Shown in pieces: positions 18,004-27,078 of a DNA stretch of 30,579 bases. This stretch comes from an uncultured archaeon (GTDB lineage Archaea; Asgardarchaeota; Lokiarchaeia; Sigyniarchaeales; SOKP01), in NCBI GenBank assembly GCA_964388035.1, contig CAYLZE010000061.1, positions 1-30,579 of the forward strand, read 5' to 3'. The translations under genes and the position numbers were made by a program. The notes beneath the pieces are model-generated. The model worked only from the letters and a program-made list of their open reading frames with translations, ran no database searches and was not told the DNA's origin. Position 1 is the first letter of the stretch, and each line of letters opens with the position of its first letter.

Positions 18004-18852
18004 ATGAATCAAATTGTTTTTTTTGCACTTCTTATTAGTGCTTTTATTAGATTCTTAGGAGTAATGTTCACGATTGAGTTCTATTTGGAGTCTAAACTAT
18101 TAAGATATAAAGTAATTGTACTGGGCTGGTTCATTTTATTGTGTGCTGGTTTTTTTCCCATAATTTCTATATTTTTCCAGAACATGTTCTTGGTTGCCTC
18201 TTTTTTGGCATTCAATGCCATTTTATCCGCAGTTGGAGGGTTATTCTTAATTATAGGGTTTTTTTCTTATTTTTTGAGCTTAAACTTGAAGAAATTGGTG
18301 CCCGAACTATTAATTCTTATTTTCATTCCAAATGTAGTTATTTCCATATTTTTAAATAATCTTATAATTAGTTTTTCAATAAGCACGATGTTTGCTATGT
18401 TCTCATTTTTCTTTCTAATATTACTAATACGAAAAAATGAAACGATGAGATATGTGAAGAAGAGCATCAAGTGGTTTTACGCGTTATGTACCTTCATGGT
18501 GGCATACATTAGTGTAAGTGCATTTTATTTTTTTAAAGGTTATTCCTTTGGTTTATACGATGTGACAAATAATTTGGATGTAATCGTTAATTACTTTTTT
18601 GTGATAGGTTTGATGGTATTTATTCTTGAATTTTTCATTCATTTAGAACATGATATTAGCTCAAATAAAAAAAATGAGCTTAAAGACAAATATTCACATA
18701 ATGTGGGAAATATCTTACAAGCAATATGTAATGCTGTCGAAATAATAGAATTAAATAAAAATTTAGATGAAGAAAATTCAGAAATGGTGAAATTGATTAA
18801 AAAAAAAGTTTTTGAGGCTTCTGATGTGATAGACGATATTAGAAACCTTTAA
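18004..18852 (+). CDS. 7TM membrane protein ending in a HisKA-like dimerisation/phosphoacceptor helix pair, no ATPase domain
   Basis: About 7 TM, then 'KDKYSHNVGNILQAI' (H-box-like) and a second helix; stop follows. Confidence 0.65.
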   Translation: MNQIVFFALLISAFIRFLGVMFTIEFYLESKLLRYKVIVLGWFILLCAGFFPIISIFFQNMFLVASFLAFNAILSAVGGLFLIIGFFSYFLSLNLKKLVPELLILIFIPNVVISIFLNNLIISFSISTMFAMFSFFFLILLIRKNETMRYVKKSIKWFYALCTFMVAYISVSAFYFFKGYSFGLYDVTNNLDVIVNYFFVIGLMVFILEFFIHLEHDISSNKKNELKDKYSHNVGNILQAICNAVEIIELNKNLDEENSEMVKLIKKKVFEASDVIDDIRNL

Positions 18853-18886
18853 CCTCCTTATCAACTTTTAATTTGATATGTCAGAA

Positions 18887-20293
18887 TCATGGATATTCTA
18901 TTTTGAAAGTTGGGGTGAATTGTTTATAGGCAACTTTTTTCTTCTCCCATAATTTCTTTGCTTCCATGAGCCATTCCTCAAAGTCACTGGTCTTTGCTGG
19001 ATATTTTTCATAGTGCTTTTTAATCTTTCCCGAGAGAGAATTTGCATTTAATAATTGATTAACGTTTTTAAAGGATAACCTGCGCCCTAAAAGACCCGCG
19101 ATTAATTTACCCAGAAATGCTAGCATCTCTCCTAAGCTCATTTCCTCTTCATATTCTTTATTAGGCTCGGGAATTTCCTCGTTATCATCTCCCCCTTTAT
19201 AAATCATTTCTTTTTCGAGCAGGTAATTCCATTCCTTTTCGCTCATATTTAAAATACCAGATAATTGGGTAAGCAGGCCTGCAAATTTCGCTCCTTGATC
19301 TCGATAATATTTAACATTGATATCCCACAATAAATCCCGGGTGATGTATCCCTCTTGTTGTAGGGCTTTATCTACCACTTCATTCAAGATTTTGCATAAA
19401 TTCCAAGTTGCAGTGACCCCGTGACCCGAAAAGGGGTACGTGATACAACCCGCATCACCGATGCATGCGATTCCATCGCTTACCAAGGAATAAGGCGGAC
19501 GCCGATAAGGGGTGATACCCCTTTCTTTTTTAATCACTTCATAAGGAGGAAATTTAGCTTTTTCTAACAAGATGTCCAATGCCTTTTTAGCCTCCTCGTA
19601 TGATCCTCCTTGTCCTATTCCTAGTATGGCGCCATCTTCCGTGAGGGAGGGTCCAAACCAAGATTGATAATAAATGTAAGAGTTCTCTATGGAAGGATGG
19701 GGTTCTTCGGGCTTCTTCCATCGAATGTAATCCAAAAGAACGTGCATGACATCATGTGGACCGAGCTTGAACGTTTCAATGCCATAGTCCGGAGGAAGAG
19801 AGGTTCTTACCACTGCGGAGGTCCCAGAAGCATCAATTATGACTCTTGCACGAAATTCGATAGCATTGCCCCCCGTTTCTACAACACATCCCACAATTTT
19901 ATTATCTTGAAAAATGAGTTTCTTGAACGCATGGTTGAATTTTAAAACTACTCCATCTTTTTCTACTATTCCATACATTCTTTGCAAGAAGGGGGATAAC
20001 CGCATGATGGTCTGTAATGCTCTTACCGTGATTCTGGTCTTAAAATCGGGAGAATTAATGGTAGATCGAGTAAAAGTACCGAGGTATTCGGGCATGCCTT
20101 CTTTTGGCATGGGAATCCCAGAGTTCTCAAATCTATCGGTCTCAAAATGGATGACATCTAATCGCTTTCCCACATCATTTCGCGCATCTTTATCGATTAA
20201 AATTACTGAATGTCCCTTTTTGGCTAATAGCCAGCTCATGTAGGTTCCTGCAGTTCCTGCTCCAATCACTAACACATCTGATTCTTCACTCAT
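18887..20293 (-). CDS. FAD-dependent oxidoreductase, geranylgeranyl reductase-like family
   Basis: DVLVIGAGTAG, IIDASG, IGDAG...PFSGHG motifs. Confidence 0.8.
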   Translation of the reverse strand: MSEESDVLVIGAGTAGTYMSWLLAKKGHSVILIDKDARNDVGKRLDVIHFETDRFENSGIPMPKEGMPEYLGTFTRSTINSPDFKTRITVRALQTIMRLSPFLQRMYGIVEKDGVVLKFNHAFKKLIFQDNKIVGCVVETGGNAIEFRARVIIDASGTSAVVRTSLPPDYGIETFKLGPHDVMHVLLDYIRWKKPEEPHPSIENSYIYYQSWFGPSLTEDGAILGIGQGGSYEEAKKALDILLEKAKFPPYEVIKKERGITPYRRPPYSLVSDGIACIGDAGCITYPFSGHGVTATWNLCKILNEVVDKALQQEGYITRDLLWDINVKYYRDQGAKFAGLLTQLSGILNMSEKEWNYLLEKEMIYKGGDDNEEIPEPNKEYEEEMSLGEMLAFLGKLIAGLLGRRLSFKNVNQLLNANSLSGKIKKHYEKYPAKTSDFEEWLMEAKKLWEKKKVAYKQFTPTFKIEYP

Positions 20294-20526
20294 TATACTA
20301 TATCCTTATTAGTTTTTTTAGACTCTACTATATATTTTGATAGTCCTTTTCTATTACTTTTTAAAGCATCATTAGGTATGAATGTGTGATAATATTCTTT
20401 ATCATTTGAAAAGATTACCTATAAATCAAAATAATTTCTAATCCTATACTTGGTTCAAGGAGTATATAGCTCTGAGTCGATATGATGGTTTGCTTTCATT
20501 GCAGGGGAGAAAATTATACTTGGTTC

Positions 20527-20946
20527 TTATTCTGAATTCTTTACGTTTCTACTAACAAGATAAAAAGATGCAAAAAGAACCGTGTATCCGGAAAGAAAGG
20601 ACATTGCCATTGACATGGAGAAGGAGTCATTTTGACCCATAAGGATAAAAATGAACCCCCCCATCAACGCCACAATTACAAAAATTAATAATAATAAGGA
20701 TAACCAAAATAACGCTTTAATTTTCAAGACCATGGTTTCTAAAAAACTAATAACCGCAATGGCAACAATAGCGATTCCCACGCTAACATGTAAGAAAACT
20801 TCAATTCCTGCGGTATAACTAAAAAAAGCAAAAGGCATCTCTATGGGAATTGCAATAAAAAGATTGATTGACATGCCCAACTCAAATTGGATGAAAAGGA
20901 GAATAAATTCAATTAAAAGAAGCCTTCTTATAAGACTAATCGCCAT
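20527..20946 (-). CDS. Hypothetical 4-TM membrane protein
   Basis: Four hydrophobic helices; QFELGM..NLF and His in TM2; TATA-like box upstream. Confidence 0.7.
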   Translation of the reverse strand: MAISLIRRLLLIEFILLFIQFELGMSINLFIAIPIEMPFAFFSYTAGIEVFLHVSVGIAIVAIAVISFLETMVLKIKALFWLSLLLLIFVIVALMGGFIFILMGQNDSFSMSMAMSFLSGYTVLFASFYLVSRNVKNSE

Positions 20947-21399
20947 AAATATATTGCAATCGCTTTTATATTTAAGGTACTTGCCAATAACTTAAATATT
21001 GCAGGATATTTGCAAAGTTCAAAAAAAGTATAATAATTTCAAAAAAAATATAAGCAAGTTATATTGAAACGTATTGATTGAAAAGTACAATAAGGATTTC
21101 TTTTCTTTGGTTATTTTTGTTTAAAATGAATATCGAACAACTTAATGTGATTTAAAGCAAAAATTGATCATTCACGTAAAAAAAGGGGGAAAGGAGTGGG
21201 AATAGTGATTAATGTTCACTTTATTGAGAAATCTATAATTTTTCTTTCAAAGAATTATACTAATTATATTGATTATATCATAACTTTTCATAAAATTTTA
21301 AACAATTCAAGCAATATAATTAGTATTCTTTAATATATATGATATAGCAAAAAGGTGAAATAAATAACAAAATTTAATTTAATCACTCACAGATCGAGC

Positions 21400-23016
21400 A
21401 TGATTGGTGCCCGAACCCGCGTGGAAGATTCTTGCGAATCGGGATTATGTCCCATATGCATCGCAGATTGTTCCGTGTGGTGTGAAGTGAGTAAAAGTGC
21501 ATTGCGAGGTCGTGAGGTCCTTTATCCCTTGCGAGAACATTTTGGAGATTCCACTGCCGGCACTCCCAAAGATTTTGGTTTTTCTTTTGGAGATTTTCAG
21601 ATACAATTTGAGTGTAGAGGAGCTAAAGGTCTTGATGAATTAAACGAAGATAAAGTAATATTTCCTAATACGGATATCAGTTCAAAATGGGGTAATATCG
21701 AACAAAAACTCCCCTTGGTCATAGCTGGTTTAGGAAGCACGTATGTTGCTAGAAAAAATTGGGAAGGCTTAGCCAAAGGTGCTGCAATGGCGGGTGTTAG
21801 CTTGACAATCGGAGAAAATGTGGTCGGCATGGACCCAAATGCGAGATTTGAAAAAAATGGCGGGCTCTATCCCAAAGTAGTCGAAACAGAAGATATGAAA
21901 TACCGTATAAAAGCTTATCGCGAATTCTGGGATGGTAAAAATGGAGATATCATTGTTCAGAAAAACGTAGAAGACACCCGACTCGGTGTTTTCGATTATG
22001 TTTCATCTAAACTAGACGTGACATCTCTTGAAATAAAATTTGGTCAAGGTGCTAAGGCAATTGGAGGGGAAGTGCGATTAAACACCATTGAACGTGCCAA
22101 ATTATTGCAAGAGAGAGGATATCTCGTCATTCCCGATCCAAGTGATCCCATTGTTGAACAACAATATCGAGATGGTCTTATCTTGGATTTTGAAAGGCAT
22201 TCCCGAGTGGGCATTGCAACGACGGAGCAAGTCTTAGAAGAGATTGATCAAGTGCGAGAAAATGGAGCGAAAAACATTTTTATCAAAACTGGTGCTTATC
22301 GACCCTCAGCAACTGCTTGGATTATAAGAATGGGCGTTGAGGGGAAAGTAGACGGAATGACCTTTGATGGTGCGGGAGGCGGTACGGGAATGAGTCCTAT
22401 CAGCATGATGAATGAAGGGTCCATCCCAACTGCATATTTGGAAGCTTTGGTCATAGGTTGCTTGGACATGATCAAGAAGAAAAATCCCAATGCTAAAATA
22501 CCCACCATTGCGATTGCAGGAGGATTTGCAAACGAAACTCAGATATTTAAAGCATTAGCAATGGGTGCCCCCTACGTGACGTGCATAGGTTTAGCCCGAG
22601 CTCCAATTACTGCTGCAATGAAAGCACATTGGGCAAGCAAGGCAATAGAACACAAACAAGTCACCCCTGCAATGTTGAATTATCTCGGTTTTCCCAGTGT
22701 CAAGGACCCTGACAGCCTGACAATGAACGAGGCGTTTCTAGAGTATGATTACTTGACCCGGAAGTATCATAATAAAGAAATTCCTCCCGCCGCTATTGGT
22801 GTGTACACTTATTTTACCAGTAAATTAGGAATAGGGATTAAACAATTATTAGCCGGAGCCAGAAAGTTTAAGTTAGATCTTATTGATCGGGAGGATATTG
22901 CCTGTATTTCTCAAAGAGCCATTGACGTATGCAAGAAATGGAATTTAGGTGTTTTATCGCAAGAAGATCTTGATATGGAACTGGTAAAGAAAGAAATCTA
23001 CTCCGGAAATTATTAA
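21400..23016 (+). CDS. FMN-binding glutamate synthase family protein (stand-alone synthase domain); start may be ATA 21364
   Basis: N-terminal CPIC...C..WCE cluster, LEIKFGQGAKAIGGE, DGAGGGTGMSP, IAIAGGF, KALAMGA, QLLAGARKF. No amidotransferase domain. Confidence 0.9.
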   Translation: MIGARTRVEDSCESGLCPICIADCSVWCEVSKSALRGREVLYPLREHFGDSTAGTPKDFGFSFGDFQIQFECRGAKGLDELNEDKVIFPNTDISSKWGNIEQKLPLVIAGLGSTYVARKNWEGLAKGAAMAGVSLTIGENVVGMDPNARFEKNGGLYPKVVETEDMKYRIKAYREFWDGKNGDIIVQKNVEDTRLGVFDYVSSKLDVTSLEIKFGQGAKAIGGEVRLNTIERAKLLQERGYLVIPDPSDPIVEQQYRDGLILDFERHSRVGIATTEQVLEEIDQVRENGAKNIFIKTGAYRPSATAWIIRMGVEGKVDGMTFDGAGGGTGMSPISMMNEGSIPTAYLEALVIGCLDMIKKKNPNAKIPTIAIAGGFANETQIFKALAMGAPYVTCIGLARAPITAAMKAHWASKAIEHKQVTPAMLNYLGFPSVKDPDSLTMNEAFLEYDYLTRKYHNKEIPPAAIGVYTYFTSKLGIGIKQLLAGARKFKLDLIDREDIACISQRAIDVCKKWNLGVLSQEDLDMELVKKEIYSGNY

Positions 23017-23456
23017 AAACCAATTAATTTTTTGTTTATTTTTTTACTTTTTTATTTCCAATGCTTCTAGCAGAAGCAGACTTTATATACATATCAAACG
23101 ATCCTGAAACATTTTTGGACTTTTTCTTTGTTAAACGAGCCATTGAACCCGAACTTAATCTTTCATATATACTTTCAATTTATATGGGGTTTCAAAATGC
23201 CAAAGAAATACTCTATTTTAGCGATAAGATTCGAATTCTTAAAAAACAATAGTTTATAACTAAATTTTTGTTAGCATTTAAAATTTAAAGAATTAGAACA
23301 TCATTAATGAATATTAGATTAAATTTTTAAATACAATCCTTCATTGTTTCTTTTACTCCAAGAAGTAAATATAATATGAAATTTAATTAATAATGACAAC
23401 ACAATCATTTCTCATTGTATTCTTGAAAGATTGAGAAATGAATTTGGTATCTATCT

Positions 23457-23900
23457 ATGTGGGAATATGAAATCCAACTCAATTGGGAAAAACAGGAAAT
23501 TCCTTTCAAGCGAATGGTAAAAATCTCCTCTGAGGGATTTCCTGATATTATTGCATCAACTCCAGAGAATCGGGGTGGATTTGCAGGTTATTGGTCTCCC
23601 GAGCATCTCTTTGTAGCATCTGCTAGCATTTGCTTCGCTAACACATTTCTTGCCATTGCTAAAAATTCTGATTTGCAAATCGAAAAATTTCGTATAAAGT
23701 CCACAGGAATTGTTGATTCAGTTGAAATTGAAGGCATTTCCCGAACTGTGGTGACGGAAATTCATATAAAACTTTCTCTTCAATTAACTGACTCAAAATT
23801 TGAGAAAAAAGCGAGAAGAATAATAGAAAAATCTGAAGAAAATTGTATAATAAAGAATTCTGTAAAATCCAAAGTCATAATCGAACTCGTACTCGAATGA
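23457..23900 (+). CDS. OsmC/Ohr family protein
   Basis: WSPEHLFVASASICF and ENCII two-Cys motif. Confidence 0.88.
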   Translation: MWEYEIQLNWEKQEIPFKRMVKISSEGFPDIIASTPENRGGFAGYWSPEHLFVASASICFANTFLAIAKNSDLQIEKFRIKSTGIVDSVEIEGISRTVVTEIHIKLSLQLTDSKFEKKARRIIEKSEENCIIKNSVKSKVIIELVLE

Positions 23901-24379
23901 TACATTCGAAATCAAAATATAAAACATATTTTCTATTTGAATAATCAATATATTCAATTAAATATAATTTCAGTTCTAAATCTTTACCGGATGGAGTTTT
24001 TGGATAAGGAAGAGTTGTCGTCTAAAAATCTTCTTTTTAGTTCTTTTAATATAATGATTGAGAAGCGTTAAGGGCTTCTTTTATCGATTTCACATAATAT
24101 CTCCATGGATTTAAGAAATAAGATATATTATTAATCTAATTTCAAACACGAGAGGCATTTTAAATAATATAATACCTTTTAGATAATTCTTATGAGGAAG
24201 AATTAACAATTATTATTTTTAAATAAAACAGATCTAAATTTATGAAGAAAATATTAAAATAAATCTGAAATGGACTATATAACAAAACTCTGTATAATAA
24301 CAGGTGGCATGATGAGCAGCATTTTCTTGTAACAAATCGCTACAAGATGATCAGGATAATCGAGAATAAAAAAGAAAAA

Positions 24380-25939
24380 TCATTCGTATTCGATTGTTGC
24401 GGGAGGTTTATTTGATATATCATAAACCACGCGATTAAAGCCTTTCACTTCGTTTATAATGCGGGTTGCGATCTTATCCAATAATTCCCAATCTAATTTA
24501 GCAAAACTGGCAGTCATGGCATCCAAGGACTCCACGGCTCTAATAGAGCATATATTTTCATAGGTCCGGAAATCCCCCATTATTCCTACCGTTTTCACGG
24601 GAATATAGACACAAAATACTTGCCATAGCTCATCATATTTGCCCGCTTTCTTAATTTCTTCTATTAAGATGTAGTCTGCCTCCCTAAGCGTGTCAAGCTT
24701 TTCCTTGTTGATGGCACCAAGACATCTTACCGCCAAACCCGGCCCCGGAAAAGGATGACGTTTCAACACGTCTTCATCTAAACCCAATTTCGCCCCAATC
24801 CTTCTGACTTCATCTTTATATAAATCTCTCAGCGGTTCAAGCAATTCCAATTTCATGGTCTCCGGAAGCGTCAAGTTGTGATGAGATTTAATCTTGGCAG
24901 CAGCCTTACTGGTGGCGGCAGATTCCACCCGATCAGGATATATCGTCCCTTGGGCTAAGAATGTAATGTCAGGAAATTGTTTTTCTAACTCTAAGGCTTT
25001 CTTTTCGAAGACTTCGATGAAGGCATGCCCGATAATTTTCCGTTTTTTTTCAGGATCCTCCACGTTTTCTAAGCTTTTTAAGAAAATCTCTTCGGCGTTA
25101 ACGTGATGAAAATTTTTAAATCCTAATTTCTCTTTAAATCTTTTCTGGACTTCTTCTACTTCGTGCTTTCGTAATAATCCATTGTTTACAAAAATGCAAT
25201 GCAATCTATCTCCAATTGCCTCGTGAAGCAAAACGGCCGCAACGGAAGAATCGACACCCCCGCTCAATCCTAATATTACCCGGTTATTTTGCCCAACGCG
25301 ATCCTGAATCTCTTTAATTGTTTTCTGAATCCAATTTTCTAATTTCCATTGTTTCTCGCATTTAGCAATTCTAACGATAAAGTTTTCTAATATTACGTTT
25401 CCTTTTGGAGTATGAACTACTTCTGGATGAAACTGGACCCCAAATAAGGTATTATCCTCGTTTCGATACGCAGCAATGGGACAAGTGCTCGTGCGAGCAA
25501 TGACCTGAAAGTCCTGCGGAAGTTTCTTTATTTGATCTCCATGGGACATCCAAACCGTTTCCTCGGAGCGTAATGAGTAAAAAAGGGTACTTTTATCTAC
25601 TATTTCTAAAAGGGTCCTCCCATATTCTTTGCTTTCATTGGGTTCGATTATTCCTCCGAGTTCATGAACGATTAAATGAAGTCCGTAGCAGATTCCTAAA
25701 AGAGGAATCCGTTGCTCTAAAATATAATTAAATACATCGCGGTTTAATTGGGGACTATTGGGCTCATAAACAGAATCCGGACCCCCCGATAAAATTATAG
25801 CTTTTGGAGACATGCTTTTTATTTTATCCAATTCCGCATCGTACGGTAAAATCTCAGCATACACTCCAAAATCTCTAACGCGGCGGGCAATAAGATGACA
25901 GTACTGCCCTCCGAAATCCAGAACCAGTATTTGATCCAT
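24380..25939 (-). CDS. guaA: GMP synthase (glutamine-hydrolysing), fused GAT-ATPPase
   Basis: LDFGGQY, LGICYG, QFHPEV, LSGGVDSSV, HPFPGPGL, KPPATIEYE. Confidence 0.97.
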   Translation of the reverse strand: MDQILVLDFGGQYCHLIARRVRDFGVYAEILPYDAELDKIKSMSPKAIILSGGPDSVYEPNSPQLNRDVFNYILEQRIPLLGICYGLHLIVHELGGIIEPNESKEYGRTLLEIVDKSTLFYSLRSEETVWMSHGDQIKKLPQDFQVIARTSTCPIAAYRNEDNTLFGVQFHPEVVHTPKGNVILENFIVRIAKCEKQWKLENWIQKTIKEIQDRVGQNNRVILGLSGGVDSSVAAVLLHEAIGDRLHCIFVNNGLLRKHEVEEVQKRFKEKLGFKNFHHVNAEEIFLKSLENVEDPEKKRKIIGHAFIEVFEKKALELEKQFPDITFLAQGTIYPDRVESAATSKAAAKIKSHHNLTLPETMKLELLEPLRDLYKDEVRRIGAKLGLDEDVLKRHPFPGPGLAVRCLGAINKEKLDTLREADYILIEEIKKAGKYDELWQVFCVYIPVKTVGIMGDFRTYENICSIRAVESLDAMTASFAKLDWELLDKIATRIINEVKGFNRVVYDISNKPPATIEYE

Positions 25940-26192
25940 TTTGATCTAACGGATTTTAATTTTGAATCAATTTATTGTAAAGAAGATACGTATTTTAAAA
26001 ATTCTTATTATTATCATTTTGATAGGAAAAATACGCTTACTAGACATAACATGTTATCCGAGAATAATTTTTTCCTATAATCATATGGTTTTTTTGTTTA
26101 AAATTACTTAACTAAAAATAAGATGGATTTTATTCGTTATTTTCTTTTATACTATATATAATGGCATCATTACGGGGATGAAGTTCTAAAAA

Positions 26193-27074
26193 TTGCCGTT
26201 TAAAATTATAGAGAAAAGATATCTAATATCCGATGGGAGCCTGCTAGAGATGGAGCTTGCTACCCCCCTCATAGCTAAAAAGGCTCAACCAGGGAACTTT
26301 ATTATTCTAAGGATAAACGAAACAGGAGAACGCTTCCCGCTTACAATAGCAGATTATGATCTGGAAAAAGGTTCTATCACGATTGTGTTTCAAGTAATAG
26401 GAAAAAGTACAAAGTTATTAGCTGAACTTAAAGTGGAAGATTACATTCAAGATGTGGTGGGCCCTTTAGGAAATCCCATTTCCGTAGAAAAATATCCGCA
26501 TCCGATTATCATTATAGGGGGTGGAGTGGGAATAGCACCTTGCTACCCCCAAGCAAGAGCATTAAAAGAAGCCGGAAACGAAATAATCTCCATTCTCGGA
26601 GCACGCACGAGTAATCTGTTATTTTGGAAAGATAAAATGGCAGAAGTGAGTGATAAAATAATAATATGCACGGATGATGGTTCGGAAGGAATTAAGGGCG
26701 TTGTTACAGGTCCCTTGAAAGATTTAATGTCTAATGAACCCATTAGCTTAGTCATTGCCATAGGTCCTCTCATCATGATGAAATACGTTACATTAACCAC
26801 TAATGGAAGTGCAAGCCTTCCGAAAATAAAAACCATGGTCTCCTTGAATCCAATAATGGTGGATGGAACCGGCATGTGTGGTGGGTGTAGATTTCTTTCT
26901 ACTACGGGTCAAGTTTATTTTGCTTGCGTGGATGGACCAGATTTTGACGGCCATCTCGTAGATTTTGATAATTTAATCAAGAGAGCGAAACGATTTCAAG
27001 AGCAGGAATTAAAATCCTTAAACCTTTTTGAAAAGAATTGCAAAGCTCTTGAAAAGTTCAGAAAGGTGAGTTGA
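26193..27074 (+). CDS. nfnA: NfnA/SudB-type FAD/NAD-binding [2Fe-2S] subunit
   Basis: ERFPLTIAD, GPLG, GGGVGIAP, MVDGTGMCGGCR...ACVDGPDFD (Asp/Cys3 [2Fe-2S]); immediately upstream of an NfnB-like domain. Confidence 0.88.
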   Translation: MPFKIIEKRYLISDGSLLEMELATPLIAKKAQPGNFIILRINETGERFPLTIADYDLEKGSITIVFQVIGKSTKLLAELKVEDYIQDVVGPLGNPISVEKYPHPIIIIGGGVGIAPCYPQARALKEAGNEIISILGARTSNLLFWKDKMAEVSDKIIICTDDGSEGIKGVVTGPLKDLMSNEPISLVIAIGPLIMMKYVTLTTNGSASLPKIKTMVSLNPIMVDGTGMCGGCRFLSTTGQVYFACVDGPDFDGHLVDFDNLIKRAKRFQEQELKSLNLFEKNCKALEKFRKVS

Positions 27075-27078
27075 TTTA

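Noticed and set aside
21126-21155. Short ORF MNIEQLNVI upstream of glutamate synthase
   Set aside because: Only one Glu and one Gln, no associated structure; expected by chance.
23061-23252. 63-aa ORF after glutamate synthase
   Set aside because: Begins just after a T-rich terminator-like tract, with no motif or RBS; cannot be supported.
23901-24110. Possible degraded minus-strand gene
   Set aside because: Multiple stops and no recognisable family motif.
24309-24360. ATGATGA (box C-like) and a 9-bp hairpin (24325-24347) downstream of guaA
   Set aside because: No matching CTGA box D on the same strand; the hairpin may simply be a 3' element of guaA.
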